Source: Eledone cirrhosa (lineage: Eukaryota). From it: a DNA stretch of 64,000 nt. The translations under genes were made by a program, and so were the position numbers. The DNA lies in NCBI GenBank assembly GCA_964016885.1, contig OZ024751.1:2170001-2234000 (forward strand), written 5' to 3'. The stretch's first letter is position 1, and each line of letters starts with the position of its first letter. Positions 27,801 through 41,829 of this stretch are shown here, in pieces. Below the pieces are notes generated by a model. The model ran no database searches. It was not told where the DNA came from and saw only the letters and a program-made list of their open reading frames with translations.

Positions 27801-30119
27801 TCAGATTGAAATTTCTCTTTTGAACTGTCATGCTGAACCTTCCCTGTAGAACTGTCATGCTTAACCTTCCCTGTTTAACTGTCATATTGAACTTTCTCTG
27901 TTGAACTGTCATGCTGAACCTTCCCTGTTGAACTGTCATGTTGAACTTTCTCTGTTGAACTGTCATACTGAAGCTTCTCTGTTAAACTGTCATATTGAAC
28001 CTTCCCTGTTGAACTGTCATGTTGGACCTTCCCTGTTTAACTGTCATATTGAACCTTCCCTGTTGAACTGTCATATTGAACTTACTCTGTTGAACTGTCA
28101 TGCTGAACCTTCCCTGTTTAGCTGTAATGCTGAACCTTCTCTGTTGAACTGTCATATTGAACTTTCTCTGTTGAACTGTCATGCTGAACCTTCCCTGTTT
28201 AACTGTAATGCTTAACCTTCTCTGTTGAACTGTCATATTGAACTTTCTCTGTTGAACTGTCATGCTGAACCTTCCCAGTTGAACTGTCATGCTTAACCTT
28301 CCCTGTTTAACTGTCATATTGAATTTTCTCTGTTGAACTGTCATGCTGAACATTCCCTGCTGAACTGTCATATTGAACCTTCTCTGTTGAACTGTCATGC
28401 TGAACCTTCCCTGTTGAACTGTCATATTGAACCTTCTCTGTTGAACTGTCATGTTGGACCTTCTCTGTTTTACTGTCATATTGAACCTTCTCTGTTTAAC
28501 TGTCATATTGAACCTTCTCTGTTTAACTGACATATTGAACCTACTCTGTTGAACTGTCATGCTGAACCTTCCCTGTTGAACTGTCATGCTGAACCTTCAC
28601 TCTTTAACTGTCATATTGAACTTTCTCTGTTGAACTGTCATGCTGAACCTTCCCTGTTGAACTGTCATATTGAACCTTCTCTGTTGAACTGTCATGTTGG
28701 ACCTTCTCTGTTTTACTGTCATATTGAACCTTCTCTGTTTAACTGTCATATTGAACCTTCTCTGTTTAACTGACATATTGAACCTACTCTGTTGAACTGT
28801 CATATTGAACCTTCTCTGTTGAACTGTCATGTTGAACCTTCTCTGTTGAACTGTTATATTGAGCCTTCTCTGTTGAACTGTCATGTTGAACCTTCTCTGT
28901 TGAACTGTCATATTGAACCTCCCCTTTTTGAATTGTCATGTTGAACTTTCTCTGTTGAACTGTCATGCTGAACCTTCTCTATTGAACTGTCATGTTGAAC
29001 CTTCTCTGTTGAAATGTCATGTTGAACCTTCTCTGTTGAACTGTCATATTAAACCTTCTCTGTTGAACGGTCATGTTGAACCTTCTCTGTTGAACTGTCA
29101 TATTGAACCTTCCCAGTTGAACTGTCATATTGAACCTTCCCTGTTCAACTGTCATATTGAACAATCTCTGTATAACTGTCATGTTGAACCTTCTCTGTTG
29201 AAATGTCATGTTGAACCTTCTCTGTTGAACTGTCATATTGAACCTTCTCTGTTGAACTGTCATGTTGAACCTTCTCTGTTGAACTGTCATATTGAACCTT
29301 CACTGTTCAACTGTCATATTGAACCATCTCGGTATAACTGTCATATTGAACCTTCTCTGTATAACTGTCATATTGAACCTTCTCTGTTTGACTGTCATAT
29401 TGAACCTTCTCTGTTGAACTGTGATGTTGGACCTTCTCTGTTGAACTGTCATGCTGAATCTTCACTGTTGAACTGTCATGTTGAAATTTCTCTGTTGAAC
29501 TGTCATACTGAAGCTTCTCTGTTGAACTGTCATATTGAACATTTTCTGTTGAACTGTCATGTTGAACCTTCTCTGTTGAACTGTCATATTGAACCTTTCC
29601 TGTTGAATTGTCATTGTGAACCTTCTCTGTTGAACTGTCATATTGAACTTTCTCTGTTGAACTGTCATGCTGAACCTTCCCTGTTGAACTGTGATGCTGA
29701 ACCTTCCCTCTTTAACTGTCCTGCTGAACCTTCTCTGTTGAACTGTCATATTGAACTTTCTCTGTTGCACTGTCATGCTGAACCTTCTCTGCTGAACTGT
29801 CATGTTGAACCTTCTCTGTTGAACTGTCATGTTGAACCTTCTCTGTTGAACTGTCATATTGAACCTTTCCTGTTGAATTGTCATTGTGAACCTTCTCTGT
29901 TGAACTGTCATATTGAACTTTCTCTGTTGAACTGTCATGCTGAACCTTCCTTGTTGAACTGTCATGTTGAACCTTCTCTGTTGAACTGTCATATTGAACC
30001 ATCTCTGTAGAACTGTCATATTGAACCTTCTCTGCTCAACTGTCATATTGAACTTTCTCTGTTGAACTGTCATGCTGAACCTTCCTTGTTGAACTGTCAT
30101 GTTGAACCTTCTCTGTTGA

Positions 30120-33100
30120 ACTGTCATATTGAACCTTCCCTGTTGAACTGTCATGTTGGAACTTCCCTGTTTAAATGTCACATTGAACCTTCTCCGTTGA
30201 ACTGGCATATTGAACTTTCTCTGTTGAACTGTCATGCTGAACCTTCCCTGTAGAACTTTCATGCTGTACCTTCCCTGTTGAACTGTCATGCTGAACCTAC
30301 TCTGTTGAACTGTCATGCTGAACCTTCCCTGTTGAACTGTCATGTTGGATCTTCTCTGTTGAACTGTCATATTGAACCTTCCATGTTGAACTGTCATGTT
30401 GGACCTTCCCTGTTTAACTGTCATATTGGACCTTCCCTGTTGAACTGTCATATTGAACTTTCTCTGTTGAACTGTCATGCTGAACCTTCCCTGTTTAACT
30501 GTAATGCTGAACCTTCTCTGTTGAACAGTCAGATTGAAATTTCCCTGTTGAACTGTCATGCTGAACCTTCCCTGTAGAACTGTCATGCTTAACCTTCCCT
30601 GTTTAACTGTCATATTGAACTTTCTCTGTTGAACTGTCATGCTGAACCTTCCCTGTTGAACTGTCATGTTGAACTTTCTCTATTGAACTGTCATACTGAA
30701 GCTTCTCTGTTGAACTGTCATATTGAACCTTCCCTGTTGAACTGTCATGTTGGACCTTCCCTGTTTAACTGTCATATTGAACCTTCCCTGTTGAACTGTC
30801 ATATTGAACTTTCTCTGTTGAACTGTCATGCTGAACCTTCCCTGTTCAACTGTAATGCTGAACCTTATCTTTTGAACTGTCATATTGAACTTTCTCTGTT
30901 GAACTGTCATGCTGAACCTTCTCTGTTTAACTCTAATGCTGAACCTTCTCTGTTGAACTGTCATATTGAACTTTCTCTGTTGAACTGTCATGCTGAACCT
31001 TCCCAGTTGAACTGTCATGCTTAACCTTCCCTGTTTAACTGTCATATTGAACTTTCTCTGTTGAACTGTCATGTTGGACCTTCTCTGTTTTACTGTCATA
31101 TTGAACCTTCTCTGTTTAACTGTCATATTGAACCTTCTCTGTTTAACTGACATATTCAACCTACTCTGTTGAACTGTCATGCTGAACCTTCCCTGTTGAA
31201 CTGTCATGCTGAACCTTCACTCTTTAACTGTCATATTGAACTTTCTCTGTTGAACTGTCATGCTGAATCTTCCCTGTTTAACTGTCATGTTGGACCTTCT
31301 CTGTTGAACTGTCATATTGAACCTTCTCTGTTGAACTGTCATGTTGAACCTTCTCTGTTGAACTGTCATATTGAGCCTTCTCTGTTGAACTGTCATGTTG
31401 AACCTTCCCTGTTGAACTGTAATATTGAACCTCCCCTTTTTGAATTGTCATGTTGAACCTTCTCTGTTGAACTGTCATATTGAACCTTCCCTGTTCAACT
31501 GTCATGTTGAACCTTCTCTGTTTAACTGTCATATTGAACTTTCTCTGTTGAACTGTCATGCTGAACCTTCCTTGTTGAACTGTCATGCTGAACTTTCTCT
31601 GTTGAACTGTCATGTTGAACCTTCTCTGTTGAACTGTCATATTGAACCTTCCCAGTTGAATTGTCATGTTGAACCTTCTCTGTTGAACTGTCATTTTGAA
31701 CCTTCCCTGTTCAACTGTCATATTGAACAATCTCTGTATAACTGTCATGTTGAACCTTCCCTGTTGAACTGTCATGTTGGACCTTCCCTGTTTAAATGTC
31801 ATATTGAACCTTCTCCGTTGAACTGGCATATTGAACTTTCTCTGTTGAACTGTCATGCTGAACCTTCCCTGTAGAACTGTCATGCTGTACCTTCCCTGTT
31901 GAACTGTCATGCTGAACCTACTCTGTTGAACTGTCATGCTGAACCTTCCCTGTTGAACTGTCATGTTGGATCTTCTCTGTTGAACTGTCATATTGAACCT
32001 TCCATGTTGAACTGTCATGTTGGACCTTCCCTGTTTAACTGTCATATTGGACCTTCCCTGTTGAACTGTCATATTGAACTTTTCTGTTGAACTGTCATGC
32101 TGAACCTTCCCTGTTTAACTGTAATGCTGAACCTTCTCTGTTGAACAGTCAGATTGAAATTTCTCTGTTGAACTGTCATGCTGAACCTTCCCTGTTGAAC
32201 TGTCATGTTGAACTTTCTCTATTGAACTGTCATACTGAAGCTTCTCTGTTGAACTGTCATATTGAACCTTCCCTGTTGAACTGTCATGTTGGAACTTCCC
32301 TGTTTAAATGTCACATTGAACCTTCTCCGTTGAACTGGCATATTGAACTTTCTCTGTTGAACTGTCATGCTGAACCTTCCCTGTAGAACTTTCATGCTGT
32401 ACCTTCCCTGTTGAACTGTCATGCTGAACCTACTCTGTTGAACTGTCATGCTGAACCTTCCCTGTTGAACTGTCATGTTGGATCTTCTCTGTTGAACTGT
32501 CATATTGAACCTTCCATGTTGAACTGTCATGTTGGACCTTCCCTGTTTAACTGTCATATTGGACCTTCCCTGTTGAACTGTCATATTGAACTTTCTCTGT
32601 TGAACTGTCATGCTGAACCTTCCCTGTTTAACTGTAATGCTGAACCTTCTCTGTTGAACAGTCAGATTGAAATTTCACTGTTGAACTGTCATGCTGAACC
32701 TTCCCTGTAGAACTGTCATGCTTAACCTTCCCTGTTTAACTGTCATATTGAACTTTCTCTGTTGAACTGTCATGCTGAACCTTCCCTGTTGAACTGTCAT
32801 GTTGAACTTTCTCTATTGAACTGTCATACTGAAGCTTCTCTGTTGAACTGTCATATTGAACCTTCCCTGTTGAACTGTCATGTTGGACCTTCCCTGTTTA
32901 ACTGTCATATTGAACCTTCCCTGTTGAACTGTCATATTGAACTTTCTCTGTTGAACTGTCATGCTGAACCTTCCCTGTTCAACTGTAATGCTGAACCTTA
33001 TCTTTTGAACTGTCATATTGAACTTTCTCTGTTGAACTGTCATGCTGAACCTTCCCTGTTTAACTCTAATGCTGAACCTTCTCTGTTGAACTGTCATATT

Positions 33101-33180
33101 GAACTTTCTCTGTTGAACTGTCATGCTGAACCTTCCCAGTTGAACTGTCATGCTTAACCTTCCCTGTTTAACTGTCATAT
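30120..33180. repeat. About 0.9-kb block (30120-31050) repeated at offset 2133 bp
   Basis: ORF pairs 30278/32411, 30629/32762 and 30680/32813; shared rare variants AAATGTCACATT, CCTTATCTTTTG and AACTCTAATG. Confidence 0.85.
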
Positions 33181-33364
33181 TGAAATTTCTCTGTTGAACT
33201 GTCATGCTGAACATTCCCTGCTGAACTGTCATATTGAACCTTCTCTGTTGAACTGTCATGTTGGACCTTCTCTGTTTTACTGTCATATTGAACCTTCTCT
33301 GTTTAACTGTCATATTGAACCTTCTCTGTTTAACTGACATATTCAACCTACTCTGTTGAACTGT

Positions 33365-36300
33365 CATGCTGAACCTTCCCTGTAGAACTGTCATGCTGAA
33401 CCTTCACTCTTTAACTGTCATATTGAACTTTCTCTGTTGAACTGTCATGCTGAATCTTCCCTGTTTAACTGTCATGTTGGACCTTCTCTGTTGAACTGTC
33501 ATATTGAACTTTCTCTGTTGAACTGTCATGCTGAACCTTCCTTGTTGAACTGTCATGTTGAACCTTCTCTGTTGAACTGTCATATTGAACCATCTCTGTA
33601 GAACTGTCATATTGAACCTTCTCTGTTCAACTGTCATATTGAACTTTCTCTGTTGAACTGTCATGCTGAACCTTCCTTGTTGAACTGTCATGTTGAACCT
33701 TCTCTGTTGAACTGTCATATTGAACCTTCCCTGTTGAACTGTCATGTTGGACCTTCCCTGTTTAAATGTCATATTGAACCTTCTCCGTTGAACTGGCATA
33801 TTGAACTTTCTCTGTTGAACTGTCATGCTAAACCTTCCCTGTAGAACTGTCATGCTGTACCTTCCCTGTTGAACTGTCATGCTGAACCTACTCTGTTGAA
33901 CTGTCATGCTGAACCTTCCCTGTTGAACTGTCATGTTGGATCTTCTCTGTTGAACTGTCATATTGAACCTTCCATGTTGAACTGTCATGTTGGACCTTCC
34001 CTGTTTAACTGTCATATTGGACCTTCCCTGTTGAACTGTCATATTGAACATTATCTGTTGAACTGTCATGCTGAACCTTCCCTGTTTAACTGTAATGCTG
34101 AACCTTCTCTGTTGAACAGTCAGATTGAAATTTCTCTGTTGAACTGTCATGCTGAACCTTCCCTGTAGAACTGTCATGCTTAACCTTCCCTGTTTAACTG
34201 TCATATTGAACTTTCTCTGTTGAACTGTCATGCTGAACCTTCCCTGTTGAACTGTCATGTTGAACTTTCTCTATTGAACTGTCATACTGAAGCTTCTCTG
34301 TTGAACTGTCATATTGAACCTTCCCTGTTGAACTGTCATGTTGGACCTTCCCTGTTTAACTGTGATGCTGAACCTTCCCTGTTGAACTGTGATGCTGAAC
34401 CTTCCCTCTTTAACTGTCATGCTGAACCTTCCCTGTTAAACTGTCATATTGAACTTTCTCTGCTGAACTGTCATGCTGAATCTTCCCTGTTTAACTGTCA
34501 TGTTGGATCTTCTCTGTTGAACTGTCATATTGAACTTTCTCTGTTGCACTGTCATGCTGAACCTTCTCTGCTGAACTGTCATGTTGAACCTTCTCTGTTG
34601 AACTGTCATGTTGAACCTTCTCTGTTGAACTGTCATATTGAACCTTTCCTGTTGAATTGTCATTGTGAACCTTCTCTGTTGAACTGTCATATTGAACCTT
34701 CTCTTTTGAACTGTCATGCTGAACCTTCCCTGTTTAACTGTAATGCTGAACCTTCTCTGTTGAACTGTCATATTGAACTTTCTCTGTTGAACTGTCATGC
34801 TGAACCTTCCCAGTTGAACTGTCATGCTTAACCTTCCCTATTTAACTGTAATGCTGAACCTTCTCTGTTGAACTGTCATGTTGAACCTTCTCTGTTGAAC
34901 TGTCATATTGAACCCTTCCTGTTGAATTGTCATTGTGAACCTTCTCTGTTGAACTGTCATATTGAACCTTCCCTTTTGAACTGTCATGCTGAACCTTCCC
35001 TGTTTAACTGTAATGCTGAACCTTCTCTGTTGAACTGTCATATTGAACTTTCTCTGTTGAACTGTCATGCTGAACATTCCCTGCTGAACTGTCATATTGA
35101 ACCTTCTCTGTTGAACTGTCATGTTGGACCTTCTCTGTTTTACTGTCATATTGAACCTTCTCTGTTTAACTGTCATATTGAACCTTCTCTGTTTAACTGA
35201 CATATTCAACCTACTCTGTTGAACTGTCATGCTGAACCTTCCCTGTTTAACTGTCATGCTGAACCTTCACTCCTTAACTGTCATATTGAACTTTCTCTGT
35301 TGAACTGTCATGCTGAATATTCCCTGTTTAACTGTCATGTTGGACCTTCCCTGTTGAACTGTCATATTGAACCTTCTCTGTTGAACTGTCATGTTGAACC
35401 TTCTCTGTTGAACTGTCATATTGAGCCTTCTCTGTTGAACTGTCATGTTGAACCTTCTCTGTTGAACTGTAATATTGAACCTCCCCTTTTTGAACTGTCA
35501 TGTTCAACCTTCTCTGTTGAACTGTTATATTGAACCTTCCCTGTTCAACTGTCATGTTGAACCTTCTCTGTCTGTTTAACTGTCATATTGAACTTTCTCT
35601 GTTGAACTGTCATGCTGAACCTTCCTTGTTGAACTGTCATGTTGAACTTTCTCTGTTGAACTGTCATGTTGAACCTTCTCTGTTGAACTGTCATATTGAA
35701 CCTTCCCAGTTGAATAGTCATGTTGAACCTTCTCTGTTGAACTGTCATGTTGAACCTTCCCTGTTCAACTGTCATATTGAACCATCTCTGTATAACTGTC
35801 ATGTTGAACCTTCTCTGTTGAAATGTCATGTTGAACCTTCTTTGTTGAACTGTCATATTGAACCTTCTCTGTTGAACTGTCATGTTGAACCTTCTCTGTT
35901 GAACTGTCATATTGAACCTTCACTGTTGAATTGTCATGTTGAACCTTCTCTGTTGAACTGTCATATTGAACCTTCCCTGTTCAACTGTCATGTTGAACCT
36001 TCTTTGTTGAACTGTCATATTGAACCTTCTCTTTATAACTGTCATATTGAACCTTCTCTGTTTAACTGTCATATTGAGCCTTCTCTGTTGAACTGTCATG
36101 TTGAACCTTCTCTGTTGAACTGTAATATTGAACCTTCCCTTTTTGAATTGCCATGTTGAACCTTCTCTGTTGAACTGTCATATTGAACCTTCCCTGTTTA
36201 ACTGTCATGTTGAACCTTCTCTGTTTAACTGTCATATTGAACTTTCTCTGTTGAACTGTCATGCTGAACCTTCCTTGTTGAACTGTCATGTTGAACCTTC

Positions 36301-39300
36301 TCTGTTGAACTGTCATGTTGGACCTTCTCTGTTGAACTGTCATATTGAACTTTCTCTGTTGAACTGTCATGTTGAACCTTCTCTGTTGAACTGTCATATT
36401 GAACCTTCCCAGTTGAATTGTCATGTTGAACCTTCTCTGTTGAACTGTCATATTGAACCTTTCCTGTTCAACTGTCATATTGAACCATCTCTGTATAACT
36501 GTCATGTTGAACCTTCTCTGTTGAAATGTCATGTTGAACCTTCTCTGTTGAACTGTCATATTGAACCTTCTCTGTTGAACTGTCATGTTGAACCTTCTCT
36601 GTTGAACTGTCATATTGAACCTTCACTGTTGAATTGTCATGTTGAACCTTCTCTGTTGAACTGTCATATTGAACCTTCCCTGTTCAACTGTCATATTGAA
36701 CCATCTCGGTATAACTGTCATATTGAACCTTCTCTGTTTAACTGTCATATTGAACCTTCACTGTTGATCTGTGATGTTGGACCTTCTCTGCTGAACTGTC
36801 ATGCTGAATCTTCCCTGTTGAACTGTCATGTTGAACTTTCTCTGTTGAACTGTCATACTGAAGCTTCTCTGTTAAACTGTCATATTGAACTTTCTCTGTT
36901 GAACTGTCATGCTGAATCTTCCCTGTTTAACTGTCATGTTGGATCTTCTCTGTTGAACTGTCATCATGAACTTTCTCTGTTGCACTGTCATGCTGAACCT
37001 TCTCTGCTGAACTGTCACGTTGAACCTTCTCTGTTGAACTGTCATGTTGAACCTTCTCTGTTGAACTGTCATATTGAACCTTTCCTGTTGAATTGTCATT
37101 GTGAACCTTCTCTGTTGAACTGTCATATTGAACCTTCCCTGTTGAACTGTCATGTTGAACCTTCTCTGTTTAACTGTCATATTGAACTTTCTCTGTTGAA
37201 CTGTCATGCTGAACATTCCCTGCTGAACTGTCATATTGAACCTTCTCTGTTGAACTGTCATGCTGAACCTTCCCTGTTGAACTGTCATATTGAACCTTCT
37301 CTGTTGAACTGTCATGTTGGACCTTCTCTGTTTTACTGTCATATTGAACCTTCTCTGTTTAACTGTCATATTGAACCTTCTCTGTTTAACTGACATATTG
37401 AATCTACTCTGTTGAACTGTCATGCTGAACCTTCCTTGTTGAACTGTCATGCTGAACCTTCACTCTTTAACTGTCATATTGAACTTTCTCTGTTGAACTG
37501 TCATGCTGAATCTTCCCTGTTTAACTGTCATGTTGGACCTTCTCTGTTGAACTGTCATATTGAACCTTCTCTGTTGAACAGTCATGTTGAAACTTCTCTG
37601 TTGAACTGTCATATTGAGCCTTCTCTGTTGAACTGTCATGTTGAACCTTCTCTGTTGAACTGTCATATTGAACCTCCCCTTTTTGAATTGTCATGTTGAA
37701 CTTTCTCTGTTGAAATGTCATGTTGAACCTTCTCTGTTGAAATGTCATGTTGAACCTTCTCTGTTGAACTGTCATATTACACCTTCTCTGTTGAACTGTC
37801 ATGTTGAACCTTCTCTGTTGAACTGTCATATTGAACCTTCCCAGTTGAACTGTCATATTGAACCTTCCCTGTTCAACTGTCATATTGAACAATCTCTGTA
37901 TAACTGTCATGTTGAACCTTCTCTGTTGAAATATCATGTTGAACCTTCTCTGTTGAACTGTCATATTGAACCTTCTCTGTTGAACTGTCATGTTGAACCT
38001 TCTCTGTTGAACTGTCATATTGAACCTTCACTGTTGAATTGTCATGTTGAACCTTCTCTGTTGAACTGTCATATTGAACCTTCCCTGTTCAACTGTCATA
38101 TTGAACCATCTCGGTATAACTGTCATATTGAACCTTCTCTGTTTAACTGTCATATTGAACCTTCTCTGTTGAACTGTGATGTTGGACCTTCTCTGTTGAA
38201 CCGTCATGCTGAATCTTCACTGTTGAACTGTCATGTTGAAATTTCTCTGTTGAACTGTCATACTGAAGCTTCTCTGTTGAACTGTCATATTGAACATTTT
38301 CTGTTGAACTGTCATGTTGAACCTTCTCTGTTGAACTGTCATATTGAACCTTTCCTGTTGAACTGTCATGCTGAATCTTACCTGTTTAACTGTCATGTTG
38401 GACCTTCTCTGTTGAACTGTCATATTGAACTTTCTCTGTTGCACTGTCATGCTGAACCTTCTCTGCTGAACTGTCATGTTGAACCTTCTCTGTTGAACTG
38501 TCATGTTGAACCTTCTCTGTTGAACTGTCATATTGAACCTTTCCTGTCGAATTGTCATTGTGAACCTTCTCTGTTGAACTGTCATATTGAACTTTCTCTG
38601 TTGAACTGTCATGCTGAACCTTCCTTGTTGAACTGTCATGTTGAACCTTCTCTGTTGAACTGTCATATTGAACCATCTCTGTAGAACTGTCATATTGAAC
38701 CTTCTCTGTTCAACTGTCATATTGAACTTTCTCTGTTCAACTGTCATGCTGAACCTTCCTTGTTGAACTGTCATGTTGAACCTTCTCTGTTGAATTGTCA
38801 TATTGAACCTTCCCTGTTGAACTGTCATGTTGGACCTTCCCTGTTTAAATGTCATATTGAAACTTCTCCGTTGAACTGGCATATTGAACTTTCTCTGTTG
38901 AACTGTCATGCTGAACCTTCCCTGTAGAACTGTCATGCTGTACCTTCCCTGTTGAACTGTCATGCTGAACCTACTCTGTTGAACTGTCATGCTGAACCTT
39001 CCCTGTTGAACTGTCATGTTGGATCTTCTCTGTTGAACTGTCATATTGAACCTTCCATGTTGAACTGTCATGTTGGACCTTCCCTGTTTAACTGTCATAT
39101 TGGACCTTCCCTGTTGAACTGTCATATTGAACATTCTCTGTTGAACTGTCATGCTGAACCTTCCCTGTTTAACTGTAATGCTGAACCTTCTCTGTTGAAC
39201 AGTCAGATTGAAGTTTCTCTGTTGAACTGTCATGCTGAACCTTCCCTGTAGAACTGTCATGCTTAACCTTCCCTGTTTAACTGTCATATTGAACTTTCTC

Positions 39301-41120
39301 TGTTGAACTATCATGTTGGACCTTCCCTGTTGAACTGTCATGTTGAACTTTCTCTATTGAACTGTCATACTGAAGCTTCTCTGTTGAACTGTCATATTGA
39401 ACCTTCCCTGTTGAACTGTCATGTTGGACCTTCCCTGTTTAACTGTCATATTGAACCTTCCCTGTTGAACTGTCATATTGAACTTTCTCTGTTGAACTGT
39501 CATGCTGAACCGTCCCTGTTCAACTGTAATGCTGAACCTTCTCTGTTGAACTGTCATATTGAACTTTCTCTGTTGAACTGTCATGCTGAACCTTCCCTGT
39601 TTAACTGTAATGCTGAACCTTCTCTGTTGAACTGTCATATTGAACTTTCTCTGTTGAACTGTCATGCTGAACCTTCCCAGTTGAACTGTCATGCTTAACC
39701 TTCCCTGTTTAACTGTCATATTGAAATTTCTCTGTTGAACTGTCATGCTGAACATTCCCTGCTGAACTGTCATATTGAACCTTCTCTGTTGAACTGTCAT
39801 GTTGGACCTTCTCTGTTTTACTGTCATATTGAACCTTCTCTGTTGAACTGTGATGTTGGACCTTCTCTGTTGAACTGTCATGCTGAATCTTCACTGTTGA
39901 ACTGTCATGTTGAAATTTCTCTGTTGAACTGTCATACTGAAGCTTCTCTGTTGAACTGTCATATTGAACATTTTCTGTTGAACTGTCATGTTGAACCTTC
40001 TCTGTTGAACTGTCATATTGAACCTTTCCTGTTGAACTGTCATGCTGAATCTTACCTGTTTAACTGTCATGTTGGACCTTCTCTGTTGAACTGTCATATT
40101 GAACTTTCTCTGTTGAACTGTCATGCTGAACCTTCCCTGTAGAACTGTCATGCTGAACCTTCACTCTTTAACTGTCATATTGAACTTTCTCTGTTGAACT
40201 GTCATGCTGAATCTTCCCTGTTTAACTGTCATCTTGGACCTTCTCTGTTGAACTGTCATATTGAACTTTCTCTGTTGAACTGTCATGCTGAACCTTCCTT
40301 GTTGAACTGTCATGTTGAACCTTCTCTGTTGAACTGTCATATTGAACCATCTCTGTAGAACTGTCATATTGAACCTTCTCTGTTCAACTGTCGTATTGAA
40401 CTTTCTCTGTTGAACTGTCATGCTGAACCTTCCATGTTGAACTGTCATGTTGAACCTTCTCTGTTGAACTGTCATATTGAACCTTCCCTGTTGAACTGTC
40501 ATGTTGGACCTTCCCTGTTTAAATGTCATATTGAACCTTCTCCGTTGAACTGGCATATTGAACTTTCTCTGTTGAACTGTCATGCTAAACCTTCCCTGTA
40601 GAACTGTCATGCTGTACCTTCCCTGTTGAACTGTCATGCTGAACCTACTCTGTTGAACTGTCATGCTGAACCTTCCCTGTTGAACTGTCATGTTGGATCT
40701 TCTCTGTTGAACTGTCATATTGAACCTTCCATGTTGAACTGTCATGTTGGACCTTCCCTGTTTAACTGTCATATTGGACCTTCCCTGTTGAACTGTCATA
40801 TTGAACATTATCTGTTGAACTGTCATGCTGAACCTTCCCTGTTTAACTGTAATGCTGAACCTTCTCTGTTGAACAGTCAGATTGAAATTTCTCTGTTGAA
40901 CTGTCATGCTGAACCTTCCCTGTAGAACTGTCATGCTTAACCTTCCCTGTTTAACTGTCATATTGAACTTTCTCTGTTGAACTGTCATGCTGAACCTTCC
41001 CTGTTGAACTGTCATGTTGAACTTTCTCTATTGAACTGTCATACTGAAGCTTCTCTGTTGAACTGTCATATTGAACCTTCCCTGTTGAACTGTCATGTTG
41101 GACCTTCCCTGTTTAACTGT
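33365..41120. repeat. About 1-kb block (33365-34360) repeated at offset 6757 bp
   Basis: ORF pairs 33404/40161, 33653/40410, 33869/40626 and 34220/40977; shared rare variants GCTAAACC and GAACATTATCT. Confidence 0.85.
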
Positions 41121-41829
41121 CATATTGAACCTTCCCTGTTGAACTGTCATATTGAACTTTCTCTGTTGAACTGTCATGCTGAACCATCCCTGTCCAACTG
41201 TAATGCTGAACCTTCTCTGTTGAACTGTCATATTGAACTTTCTCTGTTGAACTGTCATGCTGAACCTTCCCTGTTTAACTGTAATGTTGAACCTTCTCTG
41301 TTGAACTGTCATATTGAACTTTCTCTGTTGAACTGTCATGCTGAACCTTCCCAGTTGAACTGTCATGCTTAACCTTCCCTGTTTAACTGTCATATTGAAC
41401 TTTCTCTGTTGAACTGTCATGCTGAACATTCCCTGCTGAACTGTCATATTGAACCTTCTCTGTTGAACTGTCATGTTGGACCTTCTCTGTTTTACTGTCA
41501 TATTGAACCTTCTCTGTTTAACTGTCATATTGAACCTTCTCTGTTTAACAGACATATTCAACCTACTCTGTTGAACTGTCATGCTGATCCTTCCCTGTTG
41601 AACTGTCATGCTGAACCTTCACTCTTTAACTGTCATATTGAACTTTCTCTGTTGAAGTGTCATGCTGAATCTTCCCTGTTTAACTGTCATGTTGGACCTT
41701 CTCTGTTGAACTGTCATATTGAACCTTCTCTGTTGAACTGTCATGTTGAACCTTCTCTGTTGAACTGTCATATTGAGCCTTCCCAGTTGAATTGTCACTT
41801 TGAACCTTCTCTGTTGAACTGTCATATTG

